A DNA stretch of 32,157 bases, taken from a virus. Taxonomy: Duplodnaviria; Caudoviricetes. The stretch is taken from positions 1 through 32,157 of IMG/VR virus record IMGVR_UViG_3300002098_000107; one strand, 5' to 3'. Shown in pieces: positions 7,221 to 15,074 of this stretch (position 1 is the stretch's first letter; each line of letters begins with the position of its first letter). The notes beneath the pieces were generated by a model. That model saw only the letters and a program-made list of their open reading frames with translations, did not search any database and was not told the DNA's origin. A program made the position numbers and the translations under genes.

Positions 7221-8084
7221 TCATGCTCCTATGAGTTGTGTGAGTGTTTTCTGTGGTGCGGTTTCTTTCGGATGCCCAGGACATGCCTGACCAATTTGTG
7301 AGGCTCCGGATCGGAACCATGGACAGAAGTTGCAGTGGCTGTCCGCTGTTGGGAGTGACTCGAGTGTGAATTCCGAACCGAGTACGTCGATGCTTGTGGC
7401 GATGCTGGTTGCTCGAGCGAGTGCGTCGATTGCGATTTGTTCGTCGTATGGCTCATGCCACACGTGCCGGTCGGTGAATTCGCCGTCGCGGGTCATGAAG
7501 ATGATGCCGACGGTGCGAATGTCGAATCCTTGGCGTGCGAATCCGCGCCCGTAGAGGTGGGCTTGGATCCGGTATTGGTCTCCTGGTCCGTGCGGACGGT
7601 ACTTTTCACGGATTTGGTTGCGTGTGGTGAACTTCCAGTCCCACACTGCTCCGTGATGTACGTCGAATAGGTCACAGCTGCCAGTGATGTCTGTTTTTCC
7701 GATCCTGCCGACGTTGACTTTTTCTTCAACTTTCCAACGCTCACTGGCCGTGTTGTTTTGGCTGAATCGCTGCAATTCTGCTTTTGCTACGAGGTTCGCC
7801 ATCTGCTCGTGTACTGCTGTGCCCACGTATGGTTTCCATGCCGCGCCACGGTCGTTGACTGCTGGTGTACCGGATAGTCGGTAGGCAATACGGCGGTCGC
7901 ATGGAACACCTAGTTCTGATGGTCCAATACGTCGCTGTTGTGACCTTGGTTGTCCGACGATGTCTTGTTCGACCATTTGGAAAATCTCGGTGGCAAGAAT
8001 TTCGGGGTTCGCGTCGCACGTCGGGTGGATAAGGATTTTTAGTGCTGGGTCTATCGCCTCGTTGCAGGCCACACAGTTGCTCAT
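7221..8084 (-). CDS. Cas4/RecB-like PD-(D/E)xK exonuclease
   Basis: IGPSELGVPC, GTAVH, E...GSCD...DWK, QAHLY and C-terminal CNFCPW...C (Fe-S staple); start set by ATGA overlap at 8081-8084. Confidence 0.88.
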   Translation of the reverse strand: MSNCVACNEAIDPALKILIHPTCDANPEILATEIFQMVEQDIVGQPRSQQRRIGPSELGVPCDRRIAYRLSGTPAVNDRGAAWKPYVGTAVHEQMANLVAKAELQRFSQNNTASERWKVEEKVNVGRIGKTDITGSCDLFDVHHGAVWDWKFTTRNQIREKYRPHGPGDQYRIQAHLYGRGFARQGFDIRTVGIIFMTRDGEFTDRHVWHEPYDEQIAIDALARATSIATSIDVLGSEFTLESLPTADSHCNFCPWFRSGASQIGQACPGHPKETAPQKTLTQLIGA

Positions 8085-8209
8085 GCTGCACATCCGTTGA
8101 AGAACACTGCTTCAATGCCGATCAGTGCAAACAAGAGAACTGCTGCGACTGGTAATGACAGCACCATAAATATTGCTAGTTCTTTTGCGTTTTTCAGCTT
8201 GTTTTTCAT
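8081..8209 (-). CDS. Small membrane protein, 42 aa (MKNKLKNAKELAIFMVLSLPVAAVLLFALIGIEAVFFNGCAA)
   Basis: Translated by hand; ATGA overlaps at both ends; one hydrophobic segment. Confidence 0.6.
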   Translation of the reverse strand: MKNKLKNAKELAIFMVLSLPVAAVLLFALIGIEAVFFNGCAA

Positions 8210-8352
8210 TTGTTTCCCCAAACATCGGTTGTGAATTGGTATGCCTCTGCAGGGGAGTCAAAACGTGCGATTACTTTCCAGTTGTTGTCCATGACGTTCC
8301 AGCCGTCGGCGGCTGATTCGATGACCCATGTGGGCCCGTAGCTGATGCTCAT
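8206..8352 (-). CDS. Small hypothetical protein, 48 aa (MSISYGPTWVI...)
   Basis: ATGA overlaps at both ends; W.V...F....EA beta-beta-alpha pattern. Confidence 0.6.
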   Translation of the reverse strand: MSISYGPTWVIESAADGWNVMDNNWKVIARFDSPAEAYQFTTDVWGNK

Positions 8353-8711
8353 AGCGCTACTACTGATGGCTTGTTGTATTCCACGCAACGGTCGTAGAGG
8401 ACCGGTGAGAGGATTGCTTTTGCTCGCTTACTGTCGGGCACTGTGACGCTGATAGAGGCCACGAGGTCGGCTGGTAGGTTTGCTTCTGCTAGTTCTGGCT
8501 TGAAGCGTGCAGCGCCTGCACGTACCGCGACGAGGAGTTCCCCATCTGGGCTCACTCCACGGTCACCAACGGTCAACACTTTTTCGATGATGCGTTTGGC
8601 TTCAATTTTGCGTTCTGCGAGTGCTTTTTCTTCTGCCGCAATTTCAACAAGTTCGCGTGCAGCTGCTAAATATTCGTCATCGAGGATGACGGTGTCAGTG
8701 TGTGTGCTCAT
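8349..8711 (-). CDS. Hypothetical protein with N-terminal coiled coil
   Basis: Coupled ORF (ATGA) in the recombination region. Confidence 0.75.
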   Translation of the reverse strand: MSTHTDTVILDDEYLAAARELVEIAAEEKALAERKIEAKRIIEKVLTVGDRGVSPDGELLVAVRAGAARFKPELAEANLPADLVASISVTVPDSKRAKAILSPVLYDRCVEYNKPSVVAL

Positions 8712-9142
8712 GCTTTTATCTCCAGTGCTTCTGTTAAATGGATCGCAGCGCCAGGTGCTCTGTCGTCTGCGTACTGCTTGCAGGCATATGTGGACACGAT
8801 TCGTGAGTCATCCGTAATGACTTGCGACTGCGTGAGTGCGTCAAAAGTGGATCTCAGGATTTTGTCCAAGTCGGGGGTTTTGGCTGGCCAAACTGGTGCG
8901 CTTGGTTTGATGCCTTTGGTGTTGCTGTGGCTTGCTGGGCGTTGCAGGTAGAAGATGACGCTGACGATGATTGGACCGTCCATGCGTAGGTCGGTGAAGC
9001 CGCTGCGCTGGATCTCAGACACAACGGCTTCACGCCATGGGCCAACCTTTTTGCTTGATTCAATGAGTCGTCCCCCACCGACGTGGCGTTTTGAGCCTTG
9101 CGGTGCTGGTGTCCCGTAAACGTGCAGCGTGATTGATGTCAT
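8708..9142 (-). CDS. rusA: RusA-family Holliday junction resolvase
   Basis: G.PAPQGSKR, PDLDKILRSTFDAL and DDSRIV motifs. Confidence 0.92.
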   Translation of the reverse strand: MTSITLHVYGTPAPQGSKRHVGGGRLIESSKKVGPWREAVVSEIQRSGFTDLRMDGPIIVSVIFYLQRPASHSNTKGIKPSAPVWPAKTPDLDKILRSTFDALTQSQVITDDSRIVSTYACKQYADDRAPGAAIHLTEALEIKA

Positions 9143-9348
9143 GCGTTCACTGCTCGCCTTGCGCGTGCTGAACGCGAATGGACAGCGGCGTAAGCCTTGC
9201 TGAATTCGATGTCATGCACGTTGTATCGGTGATCGGCGATGCGTTGGATTGCTTCGCGTGTTGTGGATGCCAGTTCGCGCCATCCGCAGTTGCACCATGT
9301 GACGTAGGTGTGTGACCCGTAGTCGATGCCGTCGTTTTTGATTGGCAT
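9139..9348 (-). CDS. Small putative Zn-binding protein (CNCGW...H...H), 69 aa
   Basis: TAATG overlap at the start and ATGA at the end. Confidence 0.6.
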   Translation of the reverse strand: MPIKNDGIDYGSHTYVTWCNCGWRELASTTREAIQRIADHRYNVHDIEFSKAYAAVHSRSARARRAVNA

Positions 9349-9482
9349 TAGTCGCATTCCTCTGAGCAGAGAACGTGCGTCCATCCCCAGTCGCCAAGGA
9401 CGATGTGTTCGCCCATGTTGATGAGGAAGTCACATTCAGAGCATTTGATTTGCTCTGTTGCAACGAGCGTTGTGCGTGACAT
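9348..9482 (-). CDS. Small Zn-finger protein, 44 aa (MSRTTLVATEQIKCSECDFLINMGEHIVLGDWGWTHVLCSEECD)
   Basis: Translated by hand; GAAAGGAAA RBS; CxxC...HxxC. Confidence 0.62.
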   Translation of the reverse strand: MSRTTLVATEQIKCSECDFLINMGEHIVLGDWGWTHVLCSEECD

Positions 9483-9497
9483 GACTTTCCTTTCTGG

Positions 9498-9908
9498 TTA
9501 CTTGCTTGCGAGTTGGTTGCATCGACTTCCGGCGATGTACCAGTGCCGCCAGCCGTTGTGATGTGCGATCACTGCGGCGAAGGCAACGTCTTGGAGTTGT
9601 TCGCTCCATTTGTCGATCGTTTTGTGTTGCAGGGTGGTGCGGATGCGGTTTGCTTCTGCTTTGCTCATCCCAAAATGTGTAAGCCGTTCAGCTACTTGGT
9701 ATGGCAATCCGTGGTTCCATGCTTTGAGGAATTGGTATTTACCTCTGGCACTGGATTGGTCTCCAATGGCTTTTGGGTTTCCGTGGCTTTCTCTGTGAGC
9801 TACACAGGCTTTGAAGTCCTGCATGTGTGCTGGGACTTGTGTGGCGTGGTGCATCACTGCCGTTGGGCTGAGGGTTAGGGCAGCCGCGAGGACTGCCGCA
9901 CCTATCAC
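9498..9908 (-). CDS. Secreted Rpf-like / lysozyme-fold transglycosylase
   Basis: Probable GTG start with signal peptide (VIGAAVLAAALTLSPTA); CVAHRES catalytic Glu, G.YQF, EQ.QD and G.RHW motifs. Confidence 0.75.
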   Translation of the reverse strand: MIGAAVLAAALTLSPTAVMHHATQVPAHMQDFKACVAHRESHGNPKAIGDQSSARGKYQFLKAWNHGLPYQVAERLTHFGMSKAEANRIRTTLQHKTIDKWSEQLQDVAFAAVIAHHNGWRHWYIAGSRCNQLASK

Positions 9909-9969
9909 GCATCTCCAGACGGTCGGCGAGCTGAGACATCGAAGGGCTTGGTATTCATGGTGGTTCCTT

Positions 9970-10041
9970 TCAGTCAGTAATGAATGAGATGAGCACCCCG
10001 ACAACAATCAGTGCGAAACCGATCTGTGCCAGGAGTTGCAT
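9970..10041 (-). CDS. 23-aa hydrophobic peptide (MQLLAQIGFALIVVGVLISFITD)
   Basis: TGATG overlap with the upstream gene; AAAGGA RBS; very short. Confidence 0.4.
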   Translation of the reverse strand: MQLLAQIGFALIVVGVLISFITD

Positions 10042-10187
10042 CACTCGTGTCCTTTGCCTACTTGCAGCAAGGTGCGGTAAATCTGGAGTTGTTTTTGGGT
10101 TGCGCGGCGCACTCGTTGGAGTGCAACGGTGTGGCCTGTAATGAATGAGGCGAGCGCGATGCCTGTGATGAGGAGAAGTAGGTTCAT
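10041..10187 (-). CDS. Small membrane-anchored protein, 48 aa (MNLLLLITGIAL...)
   Basis: ATGA overlap; AGGA RBS; N-terminal TM segment followed by a basic helix. Confidence 0.55.
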   Translation of the reverse strand: MNLLLLITGIALASFITGHTVALQRVRRATQKQLQIYRTLLQVGKGHE

Positions 10188-10327
10188 CGTGTTTCCTGCA
10201 TTGCTTTTGCGTAGAAGCCTTTGACTTGCTGCGAATGCAGGATTGGGTGGATGTCTGCGCAGTTGCCTTGGTGGTGTTGTTGGTGGATTTGTTCCGCGAG
10301 TGCGGTGATTGCGGTTTCGTTTATCAC
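10184..10327 (-). CDS. Small hypothetical protein, 47 aa (GTG start, INETAITALAEQIH...)
   Basis: GTGA and ATGA overlaps with both neighbours. Confidence 0.5.
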   Translation of the reverse strand: MINETAITALAEQIHQQHHQGNCADIHPILHSQQVKGFYAKAMQETR

Positions 10328-10524
10328 TGAGCACCACCGAGGTGTTGGTCGAGTTCGAAACCGTCTGCGAGGACGATGTCTGTGAATACTTGTGAGTCTT
10401 CTAGCTCGTATGTGAGGTAGTTGATTTCGTCGTTGGCTGCGCGTAGTGCGTGCTCGTAGTGACGAATGGTGAAGATTAGGGCTGTGACTGTTGCCACTAG
10501 CGTCCAATATGTTGCTGCGTTCAT
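10324..10524 (-). CDS. Small membrane-anchored coiled-coil protein
   Basis: GAGG RBS; N-terminal TM segment. Confidence 0.6.
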   Translation of the reverse strand: MNAATYWTLVATVTALIFTIRHYEHALRAANDEINYLTYELEDSQVFTDIVLADGFELDQHLGGAQ

Positions 10525-10565
10525 AATGTGTTGCCTCGCATTTCAGGTGCGTGGTTTGGATGGGA

Positions 10566-10616
10566 GCCCCCACCCACTGCTTGTGCACTGCCAGGTGATG
10601 TGCAGTGGTTGGGGGT
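10566..10616 (-). terminator. Long GC-rich hairpin after the first early gene (possible terminator or attenuator)
   Basis: CCCCCAACCACTGC...GCAGTGGGTGGGGG imperfect inverted repeat in the intergenic gap; no U-tract. Confidence 0.4.
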
Positions 10617-10663
10617 TATTTAGTTATTGGGGGTTTCCTTGGCGGCAGGCTTCCCAACTGCCG

Positions 10664-10852
10664 TCAAGAAATCGGGGTGACGGCTTCGAGAAGGTCATCG
10701 CGGTAGAAGCGGCGTTCCCCTCCCGGAGTCCGTACGAATCGGACCTTTCCGTTGTCTGCCCAGCGGCGTAGAGTTTCGGGATGCACGCAAACGAGTTGTG
10801 CAGCTTGTGACAGCCGTAGCAACTCGTTTTCTGGGTCATGCTTAGGTTTCAT
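10664..10852 (-). CDS. BldC/Xis-like MerR-type winged HTH (Cro or excisionase role)
   Basis: LL..SQAA.L..VHPETLRRWAD.GK....RTPGG.RRF pattern; divergent from the repressor. Confidence 0.85.
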   Translation of the reverse strand: MKPKHDPENELLRLSQAAQLVCVHPETLRRWADNGKVRFVRTPGGERRFYRDDLLEAVTPIS

Positions 10853-10858
10853 GGGTAA

Positions 10859-10887
10859 AATCTAGCCATGCTTAGATCGCAAGTCAA
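10859..10887 (-). promoter_or_regulatory. Early lytic promoter, probably leaderless
   Basis: TTGACT-N17-TAGATT followed 6 nt later by the ATG at 10852; no SD sequence. Confidence 0.75.
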
Positions 10888-10925
10888 ATGAAACACCAAG
10901 TTTTGGTAAAATATTTTGTGAGAGT

Positions 10926-10955
10926 TTGGGATATCTGCCTAGATATGCCTAGACT
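10926..10955 (+). promoter_or_regulatory. Repressor promoter, probably leaderless
   Basis: TTGGGA-N18-TAGACT followed 6 nt later by the ATG at 10962; overlapped by tandem TGCCTAGA repeats. Confidence 0.55.
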
Positions 10956-10961
10956 TGCGTT

Positions 10962-11444
10962 ATGAGTACACAAACTGCTACTGCGTTCATCCCTAGTTGG
11001 TCACTTGCTGACCGACTGCGCAAAGCGCGTTTGGTGTCAGGACTGACCCAAAGGGAATTTGCCAACAAGATCGGTGTATCAGCTGCTTCCTACACACAGT
11101 GGGAATGCGGCAACAATGGTCCACGCGATCTGATCGGCGCTTGCCAAAAGATTGAGGCATTCACAGGTGTTTCATCCGTATGGCTGGCTGGATTCGATCC
11201 AGACCGCCCAGTAATGCGACTACCAAAATATGAGCCAGAGGTGGCGCTCAACTGGCTGATAGGTCTTGAACCTGACCCATCAGCCGTTGAACCTGAACGT
11301 AATTTGCTCCCCCACTTGGACTCGAACCAAGAACCCTCCGATTCATCGTTTGAAAAAGAATCGGATCATGGCGCAGAAATATTTATTTTGCGCCCCGAAT
11401 GTCCGGACCTTCCCCCAAATGTCTATGGACAAGTTGCGGCATGA
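10962..11444 (+). CDS. XRE-family immunity repressor containing attP, with C-terminal ssrA-like tag (..QVAA)
   Basis: LADRLRKAR..SGLTQREFA.KIGVS.ASY.QWE.G HTH; LPHLDSNQEP is the antisense translation of a tRNA T-arm. Confidence 0.9.
   Translation: MSTQTATAFIPSWSLADRLRKARLVSGLTQREFANKIGVSAASYTQWECGNNGPRDLIGACQKIEAFTGVSSVWLAGFDPDRPVMRLPKYEPEVALNWLIGLEPDPSAVEPERNLLPHLDSNQEPSDSSFEKESDHGAEIFILRPECPDLPPNVYGQVAA
11305..11343 (-). other. attP common core: 3' half of a host tRNA-Asn
   Basis: Reverse complement AATCGGA-GGGTT-CTTGG-TTCGAGT-CCAAG-TGGGGGA-G gives anticodon-stem 3' side, variable loop, T arm and acceptor 3' strand; A72/G73 matches actinobacterial tRNA-Asn; 5' half absent. Confidence 0.85.
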
Positions 11445-11527
11445 CCATGCAAAACACTCAGATTGGTTACGACAACGTTGTCTCACTGTTAGACATGCGC
11501 ACCTCTACTTCCCCGGAGGACACAGCA

Positions 11528-12307
11528 ATGAGCATCAACCTCATCGAACGATGGTGTGACTGGTATGCCGCAGGCGATGCAGCTGCCAGCACTATTCGAC
11601 TACGTCGGTATCACTTGCTCAGATTGGCTGCGCGACATCCGCAAGTGCTCGAAGTAACTGAGGACAATCTCATTGATTGGATGGGGTCACTTGCCCATAC
11701 CAGTCCATCAGCACGCAAGTCCATGCTCGCGTCGCTACGTTCGTTCTATAAATGGGCGCAACGAACTGGACTCGTTACTGCCGACCCGACATTGGGTTTG
11801 CGCAGGATCGCAACACCAGAAGGGTTACCTAAACCCATCCCAGAAGTTGCGCTACAACAAGCCCTGGCTGCAGCTGATAAAGAAACCACACTCATGCTGC
11901 TCCTAGGTGCATACGCTGGGCTGAGGCGTGCGGAGATCGCCGGTATTCATTCCGATGATATTACGGACATGGGTTTGATGGTTAAAGGTAAAGGACGCAA
12001 AGTGCGCCGGATCCCAATCCACCCAATCCTTGCCGCTGCCCTAGTCGATGTGAAGGGCTATGCGTTCCCCGGACGTTGGGACGGTCCAGTGAACCCCGAC
12101 TATGTCGCCAACCGTTTAGAAGCCGTCCTACCTGCCCCACACACTGCACATTCGCTACGTCACAGGTTTGCAACCCAAACGTATCGGGCGTGCAAAGACA
12201 TTCGTGTCACCCAACAACTGCTAGGACATTCCAGCATTCAAACAACAGTGCGCTATGTCATGGTTGATGAAGATGCCCTCGCAGCTGCAGTCAATGCAGT
12301 TGCCTAA
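11528..12307 (+). CDS. int: Tyrosine integrase without arm-binding domain, with Ala-rich C-terminal degron (..AAAVNAVA)
   Basis: Catalytic set GLRRAE (R), KGKG (K), HSLRH, LGH, TTVRY; GGAGG RBS before 11528; alternative in-frame ATG at 11441 overlaps the repressor stop. Confidence 0.92.
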   Translation: MSINLIERWCDWYAAGDAAASTIRLRRYHLLRLAARHPQVLEVTEDNLIDWMGSLAHTSPSARKSMLASLRSFYKWAQRTGLVTADPTLGLRRIATPEGLPKPIPEVALQQALAAADKETTLMLLLGAYAGLRRAEIAGIHSDDITDMGLMVKGKGRKVRRIPIHPILAAALVDVKGYAFPGRWDGPVNPDYVANRLEAVLPAPHTAHSLRHRFATQTYRACKDIRVTQQLLGHSSIQTTVRYVMVDEDALAAAVNAVA

Positions 12308-12331
12308 ATAACCCCTGCGAGATAAGGAAAC

Positions 12332-12553
12332 ATGATGAAGGACCAAACGAAACTCCTGTCCGCGATTGCTACCGGGATGCTGTCGCTGATTTTTATGGCT
12401 GCAGCATTAACGTTGCCCACGATTGTCAGTGTTGGTGGTGGCGACGTTAAGGGCGCACAAACATTCATTGTGATCGCATTCATTGCATCTCTGTTCATGG
12501 CTGTCGTGTCGCTCGTGTATTACCTCTCAACGTTTGGCATGAAGTCCGACTAG
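12332..12553 (+). CDS. Two-TM membrane protein in the lysogeny module
   Basis: AAGGA RBS; two hydrophobic helices; followed by a terminator. Confidence 0.7.
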   Translation: MMKDQTKLLSAIATGMLSLIFMAAALTLPTIVSVGGGDVKGAQTFIVIAFIASLFMAVVSLVYYLSTFGMKSD

Positions 12554-12563
12554 AAACACAAAA

Positions 12564-12609
12564 GAGACCCCCTGCATTGCACCCATTTACGGGGCTAATG
12601 CAGGGGGTC
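12564..12609 (-). terminator. Intrinsic terminator between convergent late and lysogeny transcripts
   Basis: GACCCCCTGCATT...AATGCAGGGGGTC 13-bp stem, followed on the minus strand by TCTTTTGTGTTT. Confidence 0.75.
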
Positions 12610-12636
12610 CGTGCTGCGCGGCACTCACCTTTTGGC

Positions 12637-12876
12637 TTATTCTTCTTCTTCGAAATACTCCGACAAGTCAATTTCTTCTATTCCAGCGAGTTCAGTGTCC
12701 GCGCCTAGCCGGAAACCGAAACCTCGAGGTTCCGGCTCAACTGGGGCAGGCCCGACATCGTCAAGCGCAATGGCAATACCGGCGACTTCGCCAAGTAGGT
12801 CAGCGACTTGTTTTCGCGTGTAGTTCAGTCCTTCGATTGTTACTTCAACTCCGCCAGCGGCTATCGATATTTTCAT
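12637..12876 (-). CDS. Small acidic hypothetical protein
   Basis: ATGA overlap with the upstream gene; last gene of the late operon. Confidence 0.7.
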   Translation of the reverse strand: MKISIAAGGVEVTIEGLNYTRKQVADLLGEVAGIAIALDDVGPAPVEPEPRGFGFRLGADTELAGIEEIDLSEYFEEEE

Positions 12877-13106
12877 CGCAGCTGCTGCGCAATCGTCAAA
12901 TATCCGTGAGCATCCGTGTAGTCATCTAAATGTTGCGGATCTTGCTTGGATCGGGAGGCTTTCAATAACACCATCATCCAAGCGACATCGTGTTCACTGA
13001 TTGGCACGTTAAGGAACCCACTCCACAGGTCTGCGATGCGAGCAATGTTGCCTTCGCCTTTAACAATGTGGCCGTAATGCTGGGCGCGTTCTTCAACGAT
13101 GTTCAT
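12873..13106 (-). CDS. DUF6378-like protein
   Basis: ER..HYG...N..RIADLWS.FL...I..HDVA.MM.LLK.SR......D.Y.D..GY signature; ATGA overlap at 13103-13106. Confidence 0.8.
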   Translation of the reverse strand: MNIVEERAQHYGHIVKGEGNIARIADLWSGFLNVPISEHDVAWMMVLLKASRSKQDPQHLDDYTDAHGYLTIAQQLR

Positions 13107-14308
13107 ACGACTTCCAATGAGTTCCATGCCCCGTCACGGGTAAGGAATGTGACGTTGCCAGCCGGTGAGGAAATACCAGTTGCGTGCCTGTACCAGTCCG
13201 AACCACCCTCGAGTGCAGGTGTTTGGATGTGAACAGTTTTGGGACCGATCTGGTCCACTTTCAAATGGTGATAGTGGCCAGAAACGATGATGTCGCTGCC
13301 GCCGAATGCTTCACGCGACAAGGCATGGTTAGCGACATAGTCACGCATTTTGCCTCGAGTTTGGTGGCCGTGGATCAAACCAATCTGTGTCCCAGCAACC
13401 ATCAACGACACTGTGACCTCGTTAGGTTGCGGCATGACCCATGCAATGCGGTCACCGTAACCTGATAGGTCCATTGCGTCAGCGACACTTGATGCACCTT
13501 CCAGTGCCCAGGAGTCTCGGACGTTGCGCTCAATTTTGCCGTTGCGTTCCACATTGTCGTGGTTGCCTCCCACTACAGCAACGGTCAACGTTTCTGACTG
13601 TTCTAGCCAGTCCATGACCATGACTTGTAGCGTGCGGCGATACACGCGCAACTGCTCGGACAGCGTCATGTCGATGCGTCCAGCGGCGTTGATTGCGCCA
13701 CCTTGTGACACGCCACCGTTTTCCAGACAGTCACCAACGAGCAACAAAGTGACGTGACCTGCACGGCCACGTTTCTTGTGTTCCTTAAAGATTGCTACGG
13801 ACTTCTCGTGGGATGTGAATAAGTTATCGAGTATCTGTTCGGATCCGCCTTGATCGAGTTTGCCCCACTGCGTTTCGTAACCGGCGACAACGAACGCCGT
13901 ATCACAATCCACTGTTTTTACGGGCTTCAATTTGCGGCGGCTAATCGAACCCAGCAAGTCATCGATAGGGACTTCACTTGGCGCGACCTCGATAACGTAC
14001 CTGTATCGCCAAATGGCGCGCGTTACAGCTTTGTCTTGACTACTGGAGTCCCGAGTCCACGCGGCAGGGTCATATTTTGCTTCTGCAAGACGGGCACGAA
14101 AACCCACAGGAATAACAACACCCATCGCTGCAAGTGCTTCGGTAGCGTCATCTGTTTGTGGAATCGCTGTCGTGGTCACGATCTGGTTGCCGTTGGCTTC
14201 GTAACGCACACCTGGCTCCCAACCGCTAGGGGCAGCCGTGCGGCCTCCAGCCAGCGGTTGGGAATCTGGTAACGATTTCAGCTCCTCAAGAGCGTCCGCG
14301 AGACTCAT
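13103..14308 (-). CDS. Calcineurin-like metallophosphoesterase (phage Mre11-like family)
   Basis: VGDCLEN, GGNHD, HGH and GHYHH motifs; motif I degenerate (YETQWGK). Confidence 0.85.
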   Translation of the reverse strand: MSLADALEELKSLPDSQPLAGGRTAAPSGWEPGVRYEANGNQIVTTTAIPQTDDATEALAAMGVVIPVGFRARLAEAKYDPAAWTRDSSSQDKAVTRAIWRYRYVIEVAPSEVPIDDLLGSISRRKLKPVKTVDCDTAFVVAGYETQWGKLDQGGSEQILDNLFTSHEKSVAIFKEHKKRGRAGHVTLLLVGDCLENGGVSQGGAINAAGRIDMTLSEQLRVYRRTLQVMVMDWLEQSETLTVAVVGGNHDNVERNGKIERNVRDSWALEGASSVADAMDLSGYGDRIAWVMPQPNEVTVSLMVAGTQIGLIHGHQTRGKMRDYVANHALSREAFGGSDIIVSGHYHHLKVDQIGPKTVHIQTPALEGGSDWYRHATGISSPAGNVTFLTRDGAWNSLEVV

Positions 14309-14535
14309 TTACGGCACTCACCGCGACGGTGGCGGCCGATAGATGAAATGCCCAGCGTGATGCTTTGAGTTTTTAACGCGCGTGAAATGGCACTAGATGA
14401 GAATGAAGTATCAGCAAACGCAATTTCCAGCGCTTTTCGATCCTCTTTGGACAGTGAGTCCAAGACCGAACATGTTGAACATCGCGGACCTGTATAGGTG
14501 TCGCGTTCCGTTTGCAATGCTTCAAAAAGGCTCAT
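14305..14535 (-). CDS. Small Zn/HTH-like protein coupled to the phosphoesterase
   Basis: CSTC...ISRAL.....LG.SSI.RHRRGEC; ATGA overlaps. Confidence 0.75.
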   Translation of the reverse strand: MSLFEALQTERDTYTGPRCSTCSVLDSLSKEDRKALEIAFADTSFSSSAISRALKTQSITLGISSIGRHRRGECRK

Positions 14536-15074
14536 GCCAGTGGCCGCTTTCCGTTGTTGTCAATCTTCAACCGCTTGATTACGTTTTGAACATCGGCGAG
14601 AGTGGTGTTGCGTTTCGCGCCGGGAGCCCAACTCGCGGACAGTTCTGTGTGCATTTCGTCGATGCTGCCGGGTTTCCAAAACGCACCCGAACACAACACG
14701 TGGTGACCATCTGTGGTCGTGTAAGTGTTGAGAATTGTTTGCAGTGTCTTTAACTCTGCCGGGGTCATGTGGCGGCGGTTGTCTGCTTTGAGGATGTCCC
14801 AACGGCAGTCGGTTGCCACGCCACCTGAATGGTTGGACAGGCCAGCGCCACTGCGGGCTTCGCGGTAAATCCAGCCGTATGCCTTCGTGCCTTCGTTCAG
14901 GTTCAAACGTGGCGGCATGAGTCGATGCCAGTCTGCAAGGAACGCTGCAAACAGTGGCGCAGCTTCACGCCGGACAGTGACCTTCGTGCCTTTAGTTCCG
15001 GGCACTGTGATCGTGCGTAGGCGTGGATCAATACGAAGTTTGATGCCAGCCCAACCGTTGAGTGTCGTTGCCAT
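14532..15074 (-). CDS. Endolysin, M15-family Zn peptidase (180 aa)
   Basis: MATTLNGW start (TAATG overlap with holin); YR, SNHSGGVATD and DEMHTEL Zn-binding motifs. Confidence 0.85.
   Translation of the reverse strand: MATTLNGWAGIKLRIDPRLRTITVPGTKGTKVTVRREAAPLFAAFLADWHRLMPPRLNLNEGTKAYGWIYREARSGAGLSNHSGGVATDCRWDILKADNRRHMTPAELKTLQTILNTYTTTDGHHVLCSGAFWKPGSIDEMHTELSASWAPGAKRNTTLADVQNVIKRLKIDNNGKRPLA

Noticed and set aside
7221-8084. Cas4 as evidence of a CRISPR system
   Set aside because: Solo Cas4-like exonucleases are routine phage recombination genes; it sits with SSB, RusA and primase
11305-11343. Second tRNA gene
   Set aside because: Only the 3' half is present, with no D arm or anticodon; it is the attP core
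11399-11527. Integrase start at 11399
   Set aside because: Overlaps the repressor with no RBS; 11528 (GGAGG) or 11441 (ATGA overlap) are better supported
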